Origin: Octopus vulgaris
Lineage: Eukaryota
Assembly: GCA_951406725.2 (NCBI GenBank)
Contig: OX597836.1
Span: forward strand, 33,232,001-33,296,000
Direction: 5' to 3'
Length of the DNA stretch: 64,000 nt
The translations under genes and the position numbers were made by a program. Below the pieces are notes generated by a model, which worked only from the letters and a program-made list of their open reading frames with translations, did not search any database and was not told the origin of the DNA. Shown here piece after piece: positions 1 to 57,648 of the stretch (positions are counted from its first letter, which is position 1; every line of letters starts with the position of its first letter).

Positions 1-1509
1 CCAAAGTGCCAGCATACAGAGGGACTGAACTTGAAACGAAATGGTTGGAGAGCAAGCTTCTTACTACACAGCCACATTCAACAAAATTTCATTTGATGCA
101 TACCACAAACTTATGCAGATGTAAACAAACCAACTACGGCTGCCCCAGCAGTTGCAGGAGGATGAACACACATATATCTATATAAAATGGGCTTCTTTCA
201 GTTTTTGTCGACCAAATCCCAGCCACAAGCTTTGGTTGGCCCGGGATTATGGTTATAGTAGAAGACAACTGTCCAAGGTGCCAGCATACAGAGGGATTGA
301 ACTTGAAACCATGTGGTTGGGAAGCAAACGCCTTACCACACAGCCACATCCAACTAAATTTCACTCAACGCATACATAATGAATGAATGAATGGAAGATA
401 AGGGGCGAGAGGTGGAGAGAGGATGGAAGTGAAGGGGGTAGGCAGGCAAGCAAGAGGAGGGGAAGAGGTGATGGGTGTGGTGGGAGGGTGGGGATAGGAG
501 GAGGAGGTTGTGTTGTGTTAGTAAATCTACATTATTTTTGTTATCGTTTTCTATTAATTTAAATTTTTTTTTGGCTTTTCTTGTTATTTCACTGCAAGCA
601 CAGACCAGGTTAGAAAGATTATAAAAAAAAACAAAAAAAACTGCACACTAAGATTGTTCTCAATTGCAGCAAACCAATGAACAAACAAAAACAAACAAAA
701 AAAGAGCAAACCGTGGCGTAAGGCAGGGTGAGAGGGAGGGCGGTGAAGGTACGGTGGCGGGGTGTGGGTGGCGGCGGTGGCAGTGGAATAAGGTGTGATG
801 AGGGGGTGGGGTGGGTGGGGGTGTAGCTAATAAACGCAACCGACACGATCCAGAGTAATAGCGGTAGTAGTAGTAGTAGTGATGGTAGTAGCAATAGTAG
901 TAGTAGCAAAAATCAACAATGAAAAACAAATAAACAAGTATGTAAAAAAAAAAAAGACATAAAAACTCAAAACAAACAAGCGATGTTCCAAAGATATTAA
1001 CTATATATTACACATACATACATATATATATATATATGCATATATATATATACACACACACGAAAATAAAAAGGATTAAAACCCGAGTGTTGTATTGAAA
1101 CAACTGTAACAAAATAATGCCATAAATTCCAGTCTTTGATTTTATATATGTATATATATTTATATATATATACATATATATATACATATATACACACACA
1201 CCTTGTCTTTTCAAAATGGGGAAAAGAGATTGCGGTGGAAAAATTAAAATATACAAATTGAGGCATTTTTTTTGGGGGGGTCACTTCTTATTTTTCAAAC
1301 GTTCATTAACGTTGAAGCTCCTTCCCGCCAAAGGACATAAACTATAATTAATTAACAATAACGAAAGAAAGAAAGAAAGAAAGAAAATAGATGAAAATAA
1401 AATGACAAACAACGAATATAAACGTACTCCTACGTGACACGAGAGGAAGTATTAGGATCTTGAATCTGAATATAGAGTAAGGGGAATAATAATAATAATA
1501 ATAATAATA

Positions 1510-2063
1510 ATGATGCAGTACCAGGCAGTGGTTCTCGTGGCTTCTGATCTTAACTGATTGGAAGTGTTATCATGTACATTGTGTTGTCTTGGTATAAAAG
1601 ATGGGCTACAGCAAATATTCTGCTCAATACCACAGATTTGCTTGTAAGTTGTTTGACCATAACCAGTTGAGCATGTCCCTAAGTGGCTGACAATATGCTC
1701 ATCTCTGATCATGAGCAGAAGTAGTGGGGGAGCAATTATAGCCATGTGTTGAGAGGAATTCTTTGGGGTTTGAATAATTCACCTCTGGAAACATGGGTGG
1801 TACGTTCAATATCCTTAAACAACCCTTATTCAGGGACCTTTTGAGCAGGATGGGTTACTCGACCAGAAGAAAATTCTAACTGGGCCCCATCTGCAAGGTC
1901 ATGCACCTTTTATATTGATATGAGATCACCATGACGCGCACATTTAGTTGTAATGCATGTGCCTAGTGTACCCTTATCAGATGGGTAGTCATGATGGGTA
2001 TACTGGGCTTCGTATATTTGTACCCCAGTGTCACTTTGATGGCATGCACTGCTCTCTCACTCA
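1510..2063 (+). mobile_element. Interspersed repeat embedded in (TAA)n; probable 3' portion of a non-LTR element
   Basis: Ends ...GGCATGCACTGCTCTCTCACTC followed by (AAT)n. Other copies at ~3025-3362 (+), ~39499-39730 (-) and ~40249-40772 (-) share this 3' end and have variable 5' ends. Confidence 0.7.
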
Positions 2064-2124
2064 ATAATAATAATAACAATAATGATGATAATAATAATAA
2101 TAATAATAAAAACAACGATAATGA

Positions 2125-2990
2125 TTTCAAATTTTGGCACAAGACTAGTATTTTGTGGGGAGTGTCTAAGTTGATTACATTGACCCCAGTGTTTCACTGG
2201 TACTTATTTTATTGACCCTGAAACGATGAAAGGCAAAGTCAACCATAGCGGAATTTGAACTCAGCATGAAGACAGACGAAATACCACTAAGCATTTTGCC
2301 CAATGCGCTAACAATTCTGCCAGTTTGCCGCCTTAATAATAGTAAAAACCATTTCTATTAAAAGGCACAAGACCTGAAATTTTTGGGGAGGGAACCAGTC
2401 GATTATGTTGACTCCAGTGTTTCACTGGTACTTAATTTATCGACCCCGAAAGGATAAAAGGTAAAGCCTACCTTGGCGGAATTTGAACTCAGAATGTAAA
2501 GACAGATGAAATACTAAGCATTTCGCTCACGTGCTAATGATTCTCCCAGCTTACTGCCTTAATAATAATCACTACTACTATAAGCACAAGGCCCTAAATT
2601 TTTTGAGGGAATCGACTAGTTGATTATATCAATCCCAGTATTCAAAGGGAACTTAATTTCATCAGCCCCAAATGGATGAAAGGTGAAGTTGACATTGGCA
2701 GAATTTGAACTAGGGAATGCCACTAAGCATGTTAACAGTCCTGTCAGCTTGCCACCCTCATAATAGTAGCAATATTAATAATGGTTTTATATTTTGGCAC
2801 AAGGCAAGCCTTTTCAGGGAAGGTGGAGGAGGGGGGGCTAGACGATTACATCGGTCGCACTGCTTGACTGGTAATTATTGACCCTGAAAGGATGAAACTA
2901 CCAAAGTCAATCTCGGAAGAATTTGAACTCAGAATGTAAAGTCAGATGGAATGCAGCTATTTTGGTAGGTATCAAAATGATCCTGCAAAT
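2125..2990 (-). mobile_element. Cluster of decayed SINE family B copies
   Basis: Four repeats of the core CTGGTACTTA..TTTATCGACCCCGAAAGGATGAAAGG..AAGTCGACC..GGCGGAATTTGAACTCAG. Confidence 0.8.
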
Positions 2991-3368
2991 TTTCCAATAA
3001 TAATAATAATAATAATACTTAGCTTTGGTTGGGGAGCATCATAGCCATGTGTAGAGAGGGATTCTTTGGAGTTTTAATAATTCACCTCTGGAAACATGGG
3101 TGTTTTGTTCAACATCCTTAAACCCTTATTCAGGGACCTTTTGAGCGGGATGGGTTACTCAACCAGAAGAAAACTCTAACTGGGCCCCACCTGCAAGGTC
3201 ACGTGCTGTTTATCTTGATATGAGATCACCATATCGTGCACATATGGTTGTGATGCCCATGTCTAGTGTACCCTTATCAGACGGGTAGTCATGATGGGTA
3301 TACTGGGCTTTGTGTATTTTACCCCAGTGTCACTTTGATGGCATGCACTGCTCTCTCATTCAATAATA

Positions 3369-3509
3369 TTAGGTTGTCCCAAAAGTTCGTAAACACTTGC
3401 GAAAATTAAATTTTTACTTGCCAAGTACTAACAAAAACAACAAAAATTATTCCTCAAAATAAAGACCACTATTTTCCAAGACTTTCTACGAACTTTTGGG
3501 ACAACCTTA
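3369..3509. mobile_element. mariner-type MITE (~140 bp)
   Basis: TIRs TTAGGTTGTCCCAAAAGTTCGTA / TACGAACTTTTGGGACAACCTTA flanked by TA; ends resemble Hsmar1/MADE-type TTAGGTTG termini. Confidence 0.8.
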
Positions 3510-4190
3510 TAATAATAATAATAATGATAATGATGATAATAATAATAATAATAATAATAATCCTTTCTACCATAGGCACAAGGCCTGAAATTTGGGGGAA
3601 GGGGGCCAGTAGATTAGATTGATTGCAGTACACAAATGGTACTTAATTTATTGACCCTGAAAGGAAGCAAAGCAAAGTCGACCGTAGCAGAATTTGAACT
3701 CAGAACGTAGCAGCAGAAGAAACATTGCTAAGCATTTCACCTGACATGCTGATTCTGCCAGCTTGCCGCCTTAATACAACTACTACTACTAATAATAATA
3801 AAACTTTCTAAGTTTGGCACAAGGCCAGCAGATTTAGAGGTGGGGGTAAGTCGATTACATCGTGTCAGCAATATTATTGATTGCTCTGACATCCCATGTC
3901 CAACGAGATTTGCTAATTTGAGGTTTTTCTCGGGGAAATCTAAAGTGGTAATCAAACAAGTGAAGTGATTAACAAGAAGCCCATGTTGGTCCCACAAACC
4001 CCTGACATTAAATGGAGAAAGAGAATATTCTTTACAAATAAAATAAAATTAACCAAAAAAAAAAAGCATAAATTAATTACAACAGCCCATTTAATAAATC
4101 AATAACGACCCTCTCCTCATTACCAACAACGGAACGACACCAAATTTATATTTTTTAGTTATTTTTTTATTTATTTTTTTTTTTACTCAC

Positions 4191-48980
<44,790 letters not shown>

Positions 48981-50415
48981 CTGGAAATTGAAGAAAATAA
49001 AAATAAATATACAAACAAACAAATAAATAAATAAACAAACAAGAAATAAGGTACTTGTTTCTTCCTTGTTTAATCAGTCTAGGGTTTCGCATATGAGTTC
49101 GTGAAAGGTGGGGGGTTTGCTTTGATGACCCTAAATTCTCTAGCATTTCAGACCACTCAGTCAAATTGCAATGCTTACATATTCAAATAGCTCTGAATTC
49201 ATCATGGATTATCTCATGGCTTCGAGATTTTAATGATGTAATTGGTTATTATTAGTGTGACATAGGGTATTGTGTGTTTGTTTGTTGAGTGAAGCAGTCT
49301 TCGTCCCAGAGTGAGCGAAGTCCGAAACATGGTCCTTTGCTATTCGTAAGACCCGCAGAAGAGAAAGCAGGTCAACAAAGAAGTCGGGGACAAGAAACAG
49401 GAAGAAAGAATGAGAGAAAGTTGGAGCGAAAGAGTACAACAGGGGTTGCCACCACCCCCTGCCAGAGCCTTGTGGAACTTTTAGGTGTTTACGCTCAATA
49501 AACACACACAACGCCCGGTCTGGGAATTGAAACCGCGATCCTCCGACCACGAGTCTGCTGCCCTAACCACTGGGCCATTGCGCCTCCACTTGACGTAGGG
49601 TAAGAATTAGAGGCTGGTCATGGTCAACTTGAACATAGAACCTCACCCCGATCGGATAAATCTTTCGCCTTTTACTTGAACAAAGAACAGGCTGAATATT
49701 GGGGCTGGATATGGTCAATTCAAATGTTCGGTAAAACCATTAACATTCAGACTACTCTGCCAAATGCAATGCTTATTTAGTCATATTATTTCGAATTAGT
49801 TTTAAGGCAGTGAGCTGGCAGGATCATTAATTAGCATGCTGGACAAAATGCTTAGAGGTATTTCGCCCAACACTATATCCCGAGGTCAAATTCCGCAGAG
49901 GTCGACTTTCATCCTTTCGAGATGAATAAATTAAGTACCAGTCGACTGGCTCGCTCCCACAAAATTTCAGGCCTTGTGCCGAGAGTAGAAAGTATTATCA
50001 TTACTAAGGCAGCAAGATGGCAGAATCGTTAGCATGCTTAGCAGTATTTTACCTGTCGCTACGTTCTGAGTTCAAATTCTGCCAAGGTAGACTTTTGCCT
50101 TTCATCCTTTTGGGGGGCCGATGAATTAAGTACCAGTGAAACACAGGGGTCAATGAAATCAACTGGTCCCCTCCCTCTTAATTTCAGACCTTGTACCTAC
50201 ATTAGAATGGATTATTTTGAATTAAACCTATATTATCTCCTAGCTTTGAGATTTCAATCAAGTGACCTATTTTTAGAATAGCATTGTAAGAAAGGTGTAA
50301 GAGGCTGGATCTGGCCAATTTGAATATAAAATATATAAAAGGTGCTATGCAGTGGAACTAAATCCAGGACCATGTGGTTGGAAAGCAAGCTTCTTACCAC
50401 ACAGCCATGCCTGCA

Positions 50416-50462
<47 letters not shown>

Positions 50463-50698
50463 TGGAAGGTTTGGAGAGATGATATACAGGTATTTTATAT
50501 TAGAAGAAATGAGGTACTCAGAAATTCGGATGGCTTTATATTTACAGATATTTATTTGTATATTACATGTTTTAATACATCATATAACATATATCATATA
50601 TTAGCGCTTTCTCCCATTCTAGTGGGGTTTTCAAATTGAACTAAGTTTGGGGTTTTCAAATACATACGTTTAAATAGTGGGTTTTCAAATCGAACTAA

Positions 50699-50751
<53 letters not shown>

Positions 50752-51504
50752 TAATCCAAACAAGAAAACACAAAAAAACACAGCAACGCGAGCACGTGGA
50801 ACAAATAAAGTATTATTGGACGCTCAGGAAAGAAAGGAAGAACGAGGGCTTAACGTTTTGAGCGGAGCTCTTCATTGGAAACAAAGGAGAAGGAAAGATC
50901 CCGAGAAGGGAAGACAGAGGAAAAAAAAATTGCTGGCGGTGCTCACGAGGTCACATGTTGAGCAGGCAGATCCAAGGTTAGATGATGATAACTTTCATTC
51001 TGATAAGCCAAGATGTGAAAGAACCACTATGTAGATGTTCGGTCTGCTAGAAAGATCAGCTAAATAAGACCCAAATCATACAGACACCAGTAAATAACAA
51101 AAGGACATGCCGGATGGCATGACTGTAGAGACACAGCATCGGAGGGAAGGAGGAAAGAAGAACGCAAGAACGAAAGAAAGAAGTGGTAGTCGCAGCTGGA
51201 ATATTTTCCATTGTTCACATGGACAGAAGGATGATAAAAAAAAAAGCCGACCTAGGGTTGAAGAACAACTCCTGCACTGCACGTATAATGGTTGACCCAA
51301 AGAACATTAAAAAGAAAAAAAGGTAAAATAGAATGAAATAAAGTAAATAGGTAATAAGAACCAAATAAATAAAACATTATAAAGTAGAGTTTCGGATGAC
51401 ATCTGGGAAAAGGTTGCCCTTGCAAAGACAAATAGAATTCTGTGGACAAACAAAGCCAGGGAGAGAGGGTGGCGACGGAGAAGAAGAGCATATTATACAC
51501 ATAA

Positions 51505-51509
51505 CATAC

Positions 51510-51545
<36 letters not shown>

Positions 51546-51893
51546 GTATATATAGATGTGTGTGTGTGTATATATATATATGTATATATATGTGTGTGTA
51601 TATATATATATATGTGTGTGTGTATGTGTATATATATATGTATGTATGTATGTGTGTGTATATATATATATATATGCATATATATATATATATATATGTG
51701 TGTGTGTATGTATGTATATATATATATGTATATATATATATATAAATACACCCACACAAATGTGTGTATGTATGTATATATGATATATATATTAAGACAA
51801 GACAACGGCCAAGTGATTTATGCAGACACCCCCCACCCCCCACCCACTTATGTATGCACATGCTGATGGTGCATAAATCACACTAGGAGTAGA

Positions 51894-51936
<43 letters not shown>

Positions 51937-52066
51937 CATATATACATACATACATATATACATACATATATATATACATACATATATATATATACATATA
52001 TATATACATACATACTATATATACATACATAATATACATACATACATATATATACATATACATATA

Positions 52067-52098
<32 letters not shown>

Positions 52099-52206
52099 CA
52101 TATATACATACATATATATATACATACATACATATATATACATACATACATATATATATACATACATACATATATATACATACATACATATATATACATA
52201 CATACA

Positions 52207-52238
<32 letters not shown>

Positions 52239-52252
52239 CATACATACATACA

Positions 52253-52324
<72 letters not shown>

Positions 52325-52463
52325 CGTTCATACGCATGCATATACACACGTGTATCACAGTCGTCATCATTATCACTATTTAATCTCTATGTATATGTAT
52401 GCAGGTGTGTATATATATATATAGATAGATATATATATATATATATCTCTCTCTCTCTCTATC

Positions 52464-52502
<39 letters not shown>

Positions 52503-52553
52503 CCGTATACATATATACATATGCATGCACAGGTGTATGTATATATATAGATA

Positions 52554-52600
<47 letters not shown>

Positions 52601-52662
52601 CTGTATACATATATACATATGCATGCACAGGTGTATGTATATGTGTGTATGTATATATATAT
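51505..52662. repeat. Large compound (TA)/(TG)/(TACA) microsatellite field
   Basis: Seen directly; includes a ~100-bp local duplication near 52440-52640. Confidence 0.9.
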
Positions 52663-52664
52663 CT

Positions 52665-53197
52665 GTAGGGTGATTCAAAAGTCACCATACATAGGAAAAA
52701 TTCATTTTTTTATAGGCATAGGAGTGGCTGTGTGGTAAGTAGCTTGCTTACAAACTACATGGTTCTGGGTTCGGTTCCACTGCGTGGCACCTTGGACAAT
52801 TGTTTTCTACTATAGCCTCGGGCCAACCAAAGCCTTGTGAGTGGATTTGGTAGACAGAAACTGAAAGAAGCCTGTCGTCTTTATATATATATATGTGTGT
52901 GTGTGTGTATGTTTGTGTGTATGTTTGTCCCCCCCAACATCAGTTGACAACTGATACTGGTGCGTTTACGTCCCCGTAACTTAGCGATTCAGCAAAAGAG
53001 ACCGATAGAATAAGTACTAGGCTTACAAAGAATAAGTCCTGGGGTCGATTTGCTCGACTAAAGGCAGTGCTCCAGCATGGCCACAGTCAAATGACTGAAA
53101 CAAGCTAGAGAGTAAAAGAGTAAGTGTAAACGGTTAAATAAAAAAAACTGTTTTTTATAAATTGTTCTTAGGTATGGCGATTTTTGAATAACCCTCT
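52665..53197. mobile_element. Tc1/mariner-type MITE interrupted by SINE A (~52713-53120)
   Basis: Imperfect TIRs AGGGTGATTCAAAAGTCACCATAC / GTATGGCGATTTTTGAATAACCCT. Confidence 0.7.
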
Positions 53198-53619
53198 AGT
53201 GTCACCATCGTCATCATCATACCTAATGTCTGTCTTCAATGTTGGCATGGCATGAGGACATGAAAAGAATCAAGGACTGCAGTGAGGACCAAAGTCTGTT
53301 CTGGCATGGTCTCTATGGCTGGATGTCTTTCTCTATGCCAACCACATTACCTGATGAACTAGGTACTTTTTGTTGTGGCACCAGCACATGAGGGGTTACC
53401 ATGTCACTCAAAGGACTAAAAAACTTGCCTGTAATTCAGTGGGAGTATAGTAGAGAGGGAGGTAGCTTTATGCTTGGTATAAAAAGGCTACAAATGTATG
53501 ATGGGGGACAGGAATAGGTTTCTTGCTGTAGGGGGTCATAGTCTGTTCTTCCCTTGTCATCAGTAGTGGCGGTTTTATCTCATACCCTAGAATTTATTTT
53601 CTTCTTTGCTGAACACTTC

Positions 53620-54022
53620 CTTTACAGTGTTGGCATCGATGACTCTGTAGACCAATTTTTGCATAGAAATGTTGAGATGGCATTGACTGCATGGTAATGC
53701 TGGTGGAAGATGAGATTTATTTTGTTGAGCCTTTCTCTCCTGTCGCATGATTTCTCCCTTTCTCTTCTGGTGGCTTCGAAGTTTTTGGTTCTGATGTTGA
53801 TGGAACACTACCGCTTGGTACAGTCTCAGGTTTGCGTTTCAAACGATTTAGGCTCAATTCCAGTGGCTTTCATAGTCTTTTTCCTGAAGGGAGCCCATCT
53901 TTGTCACATGTCTTGACCATCGAAGATGGCGTTTCATGATCAGTGATCTGGTGCTTTGACTGTTGGCTCTTTCCAGGAGTTTGTTGTTGGTCACACAGTG
54001 TTCCCATTTGATACCCAAGTGC
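53620..54022 (-). pseudogene. Decayed RTE (BovB-like) LINE ORF C-terminus
   Basis: Minus-strand translation LGIKWEHCVTNNKLLERANSQSTRSLIMKRHLRWSRHVTKM ... MKATGIEPKSFE ... PCSQC..AKIGLQSH, with stops and frameshifts; LRWxGHVxRM and the terminal CxxC..GLxSH are RTE hallmarks. Confidence 0.8.
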
Positions 54023-54166
54023 AAACTCATTACAACCTTACATCACACAACTCTTGACCAAAACCCCACCACAGATTCACTGTTCATCTCTTATGGTGTG
54101 TTCAACCTGTTCAGCCCTGCATTAACCATTATTATTGTTGTTGTTTTGTTGTTATTATTATTATTA

Positions 54167-54534
54167 TCTCTATATATATAAACGGCAAAATGTCTGTGTG
54201 TGTGTGTGTCCTTTATACAAATCCACAATTTTTCAGTTAGAGGGCTCACACTTTCTATGGTCATTCAAAACTGTCCAAGGGTGGTCATGCACATCTTTAC
54301 ATTTCCCCAGTCACCCCGCAAAGCCATTAAGAAATCAACAGAAGTGACTTTTTTGTGAATTTTCTATCCAAAACCCAATCAAAATGCCCGAAACTTGATA
54401 CGCCAATTGAATGCCAGCTAGCTGTAGGTGATTGGTCGGAGATTTGGACAGTACTCGCGTGTATGTGCACACGCACGCAGCTGTATATGCATGCACTAGC
54501 ACTATGACCTGGCATTGCCGGGTCATAGTGCTAG
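54167..54534 (+). mobile_element. Non-autonomous Helitron
   Basis: 5' TC after A, 3' CTAG before T, subterminal GC-rich hairpin ACCTGGCATTGCCGGGT; inserted in (TTA)n. Confidence 0.8.
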
Positions 54535-54825
54535 TTATTATTATTATTATTATGCTACAGTCGTCTCTTCCTAAAACACTGGTTTTCTGAAATCTGGCTC
54601 ATGTCTTTCCTGGAGCTATTGACCTGCAACAGTTCTAAATGAATCATTGATGGTACAAAGCTCAGTGGTCTTAATAGACTTGGAAAGGCTATGATCAGAG
54701 CCCTTTCATCTAGACTTGTTTCAATCACTCATCAGCAGCCACGCTGTGGCACCACCTTATAGAATTTTAGTCAAAGAAATCGAACCCATGCCAGCACAGA
54801 AAGCAGATGTAGAATGATGATGATT

Positions 54826-55322
54826 ATATAGTTCTATCTTCCTTTCTCTCTCTAAATATAAAATATAATTCTCTCTATATACATACATAATGTTTTGATA
54901 TATGGACAATTTAGGTGGTTTTAAAATCAGATTATGGCTGCTATTTTCAGATTATGGCTGCTATGGTGGTATCTTGTAAATACCCTAATTTATAATTTTA
55001 TATAGTTCTATCTTCCTTTCTCTCTCTAAATATAAAATATAATTCTCTCTATATACATACATATATATTGATATATGGACAATTTAGGTGGTTTTAAAGT
55101 CAGATTATGGCTGCTATTTTCAGCATGGTGGTATCTTGTAAATACCCTAATTTATAATTTTATATAGTTCTATCTTCCTTTCTCTCTCTAAATATAAAAT
55201 ATAATTCTCTCTATATACATACATATATATTGATATATGGACAATTTAGGTGGTTTTAAAGTCAGATTATGGCTGCTATTTTCAGCATGGTGGTATCTTG
55301 TAAATACCGTAATTTATAATTT

Positions 55323-55326
<4 letters not shown>
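54826..55326. repeat. Tandem repeat, 3 x ~162-174 bp
   Basis: GTTCTATCTTCC recurs at 54831, 55005 and 55167; part of the unit is homologous to 38195-38282. Confidence 0.9.
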
Positions 55327-55353
<27 letters not shown>

Positions 55354-55763
55354 AGACACACATGTATATACTGATATTGTTCTGTATCTATAAACATATA
55401 TCTACACATACACACACACAACACACATGTCGACACGCATGCATTTATGTGCGTATCTATGTATGTATGCACATACGCATACACACACACACACCTTACT
55501 TTACTAATGTAATCAAAGCGTTTACGATGCAGTAGAACAGGTTTTTTTTTTTTTTTTTTTTTTTTATCCAGAGGTTCTGGAGAGGGAATGGAGAAGGAAG
55601 GAAGGAAGAAAAGATAACATTTGAACAGCTGCTGTTAAATGGAGGAGATGTGGGGGGGGGGGGGCTGGAGAGGCAGTTGAGCTTGTAAATGTTGAAAGAA
55701 CAAACATTGTATACGAGTGTGTGTGTGTCTGTGTGTATTAAAATAAAAATACAACATTTAAAT

Positions 55764-55797
<34 letters not shown>

Positions 55798-55960
55798 CAG
55801 ACAACAAGATTTAAGCTTGTTAGTTTAAGTAGGAATATGTTAAAGGGAATGAGTGGGAAAGGCAATAGAGGTATCCCTGGCATACATACATACATACATA
55901 CATACGTATGTACACTCTCTGTCTAAATAGCAAGGTCCATTTTACAAACATTGTACATAA

Positions 55961-56436
55961 TAGGCGCAGGAGTGGCTGTGTGGTAAGTAGCTTGCTAACC
56001 AACCACATGGTTCCGGGTTCAGTCCCACTGCGTGGCATCTTGGGCAAGTGTCTTCTGCTATAGCCCCGGACCGACCAGTGCCTTGTGAGTGGATTTGGTA
56101 GACGGAAACTGAAAGAAGCCCGTCGTATATATGTATAAATGTGTATGTTTGTGTGTCTGTGTTTGTCCCCCTAGCATGCTTGACAACCGAGTGGATTTGG
56201 TAGACGGAAACTGAAAGAAACCTGTTGTATATGTATGTATATGTATATATATATATGCGTGTGTGTGTGCCTGTGTTTGTCCCCGATGCTGGTGTGCTTA
56301 CGTCACTTGGTGGTTCAGCAAAAAGAGACCGATAGAATAAGTACTGGGCTTACAAAGGAATAAGTCCTGGGGTCGATTTTCTCGACTAAAGGCGGTGCTC
56401 CAGCATGGCCGCAGTCAAATGACTGAAACAAGTAAA
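55961..56436 (+). mobile_element. SINE family A with internal duplication
   Basis: The GAGTGGATTTGGTAGACGG...TTTGTCCCC segment occurs twice. Confidence 0.88.
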
Positions 56437-56591
56437 GGCATAACAACTACAACAGGCAAAAAAAAAAAAAAGGAGGGACAGCAGAGACAAAGGGAAGCAG
56501 ACACTGTTTGCTCCAGCTGAGCCCTGATTGAACAAGCGAACCACTTGTCAAATGGGGTTTAGCCATGGCCTTTCCATCTGCGCCCTTGATT

Positions 56592-56824
56592 GTACAAGGG
56601 GGTACTGAAAAGCCACTGGCTTTGGGTAAAAAAACCCCCCATAAAACCTACAGGGGTATCAGTTAATTATGATTTTATCCAACATGTTCCCCTCTCAGAT
56701 TCACACTATTATTGCAGTGGTCCTTCAGTTTCTTTAAGCCCTGTAAAAGGGGTCGAACGGTTGGGCCTCCAACTAGGTCTTTTGCAAATTTTTTAAAGCT
56801 AGGAACTTGACAGCACCTCCTCAT
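56592..56824 (-). mobile_element. mariner-derived MITE retaining the transposase C-terminus
   Basis: Imperfect TIRs TACAAGGGGGTACTGAAAAG..CTGGCTTT / AAAGCTAGGAACTTGACAGCACCTCCTCATA; minus frame GLKKLKDHCNNSVNLRGEHVG* resembles mariner GIxKLxxRWxKCxxxxGxYVE*; another copy at ~57656-57843. Confidence 0.72.
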
Positions 56825-56844
56825 ATATATCTTTCTCTTTTTTC

Positions 56845-57232
56845 TCGTTTCAGTCATTTTGACTGCGGCCATGCTGGAGCACCGCTTTTAATCGAGCAAC
56901 TCGACCCCCGGGACTTATTCTTTGTAAGCTCAGTACTTATTCTATCGGTCTCTTTTGCCAAACTGCTAAGTGACGGGGACATAAACACACCAGCATCGGT
57001 TGTCAAGCAATGCTAGGGGGACAAACACACACACACAAACATAAACGCACATACATATACATATATACGACAGGCTTCTTTCAGTTTCCGTCTACCAAAT
57101 CCACTCACAAGGCTTTGGCCTGCCCGAGGCTATAGTAGAAGACAATTGCCCAAGGTGCCACGCAGTGGGACAGAACCCGTAACCATGTGGTTGGTAAACA
57201 AGCTACTTACCACACAGCCACTCCTGCGCCTA
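56845..57232 (-). mobile_element. SINE family A
   Basis: Reverse-complement full-length copy, inverted relative to 55961-56436. Confidence 0.9.
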
Positions 57233-57590
57233 TATTTATATATGAAGTGGCATGTAAAAAGCACACACAAACATCTACATACACATGTCTACAAGCATGC
57301 ATTTATGTGAGTATCTGTGTAAGCATGTACATACGCATATACCGGAGGCACGTAAAAAGCACCATTCGAGCGTGGGTCATTGCCAGTGCTGCCTGACTGG
57401 CTCCCGTGCCAGTGGCACATAAAAAGCACCCACTACACTCTCAGAGTGGTTGGCATTAGATTAGGAAGGGCATCTAGCTGTAGAAACACTGCCAGATCAG
57501 GCTGGAGCCTGGTACAGCCTTCTGGCTCACCAGTACTCAGTCAAACTGTCCAACCCATGCCGGCATGGAAAGCAGATGTTAAACGATGAC

Positions 57591-57648
<58 letters not shown>

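Noticed and set aside
560-620. Branch point and acceptor (ttctaac...tgcttgcag| at 591, minus strand) as the next eya exon
   Set aside because: The required phase-1 frame gives GTG AAA TAA immediately, and there is no donor or Eya similarity.
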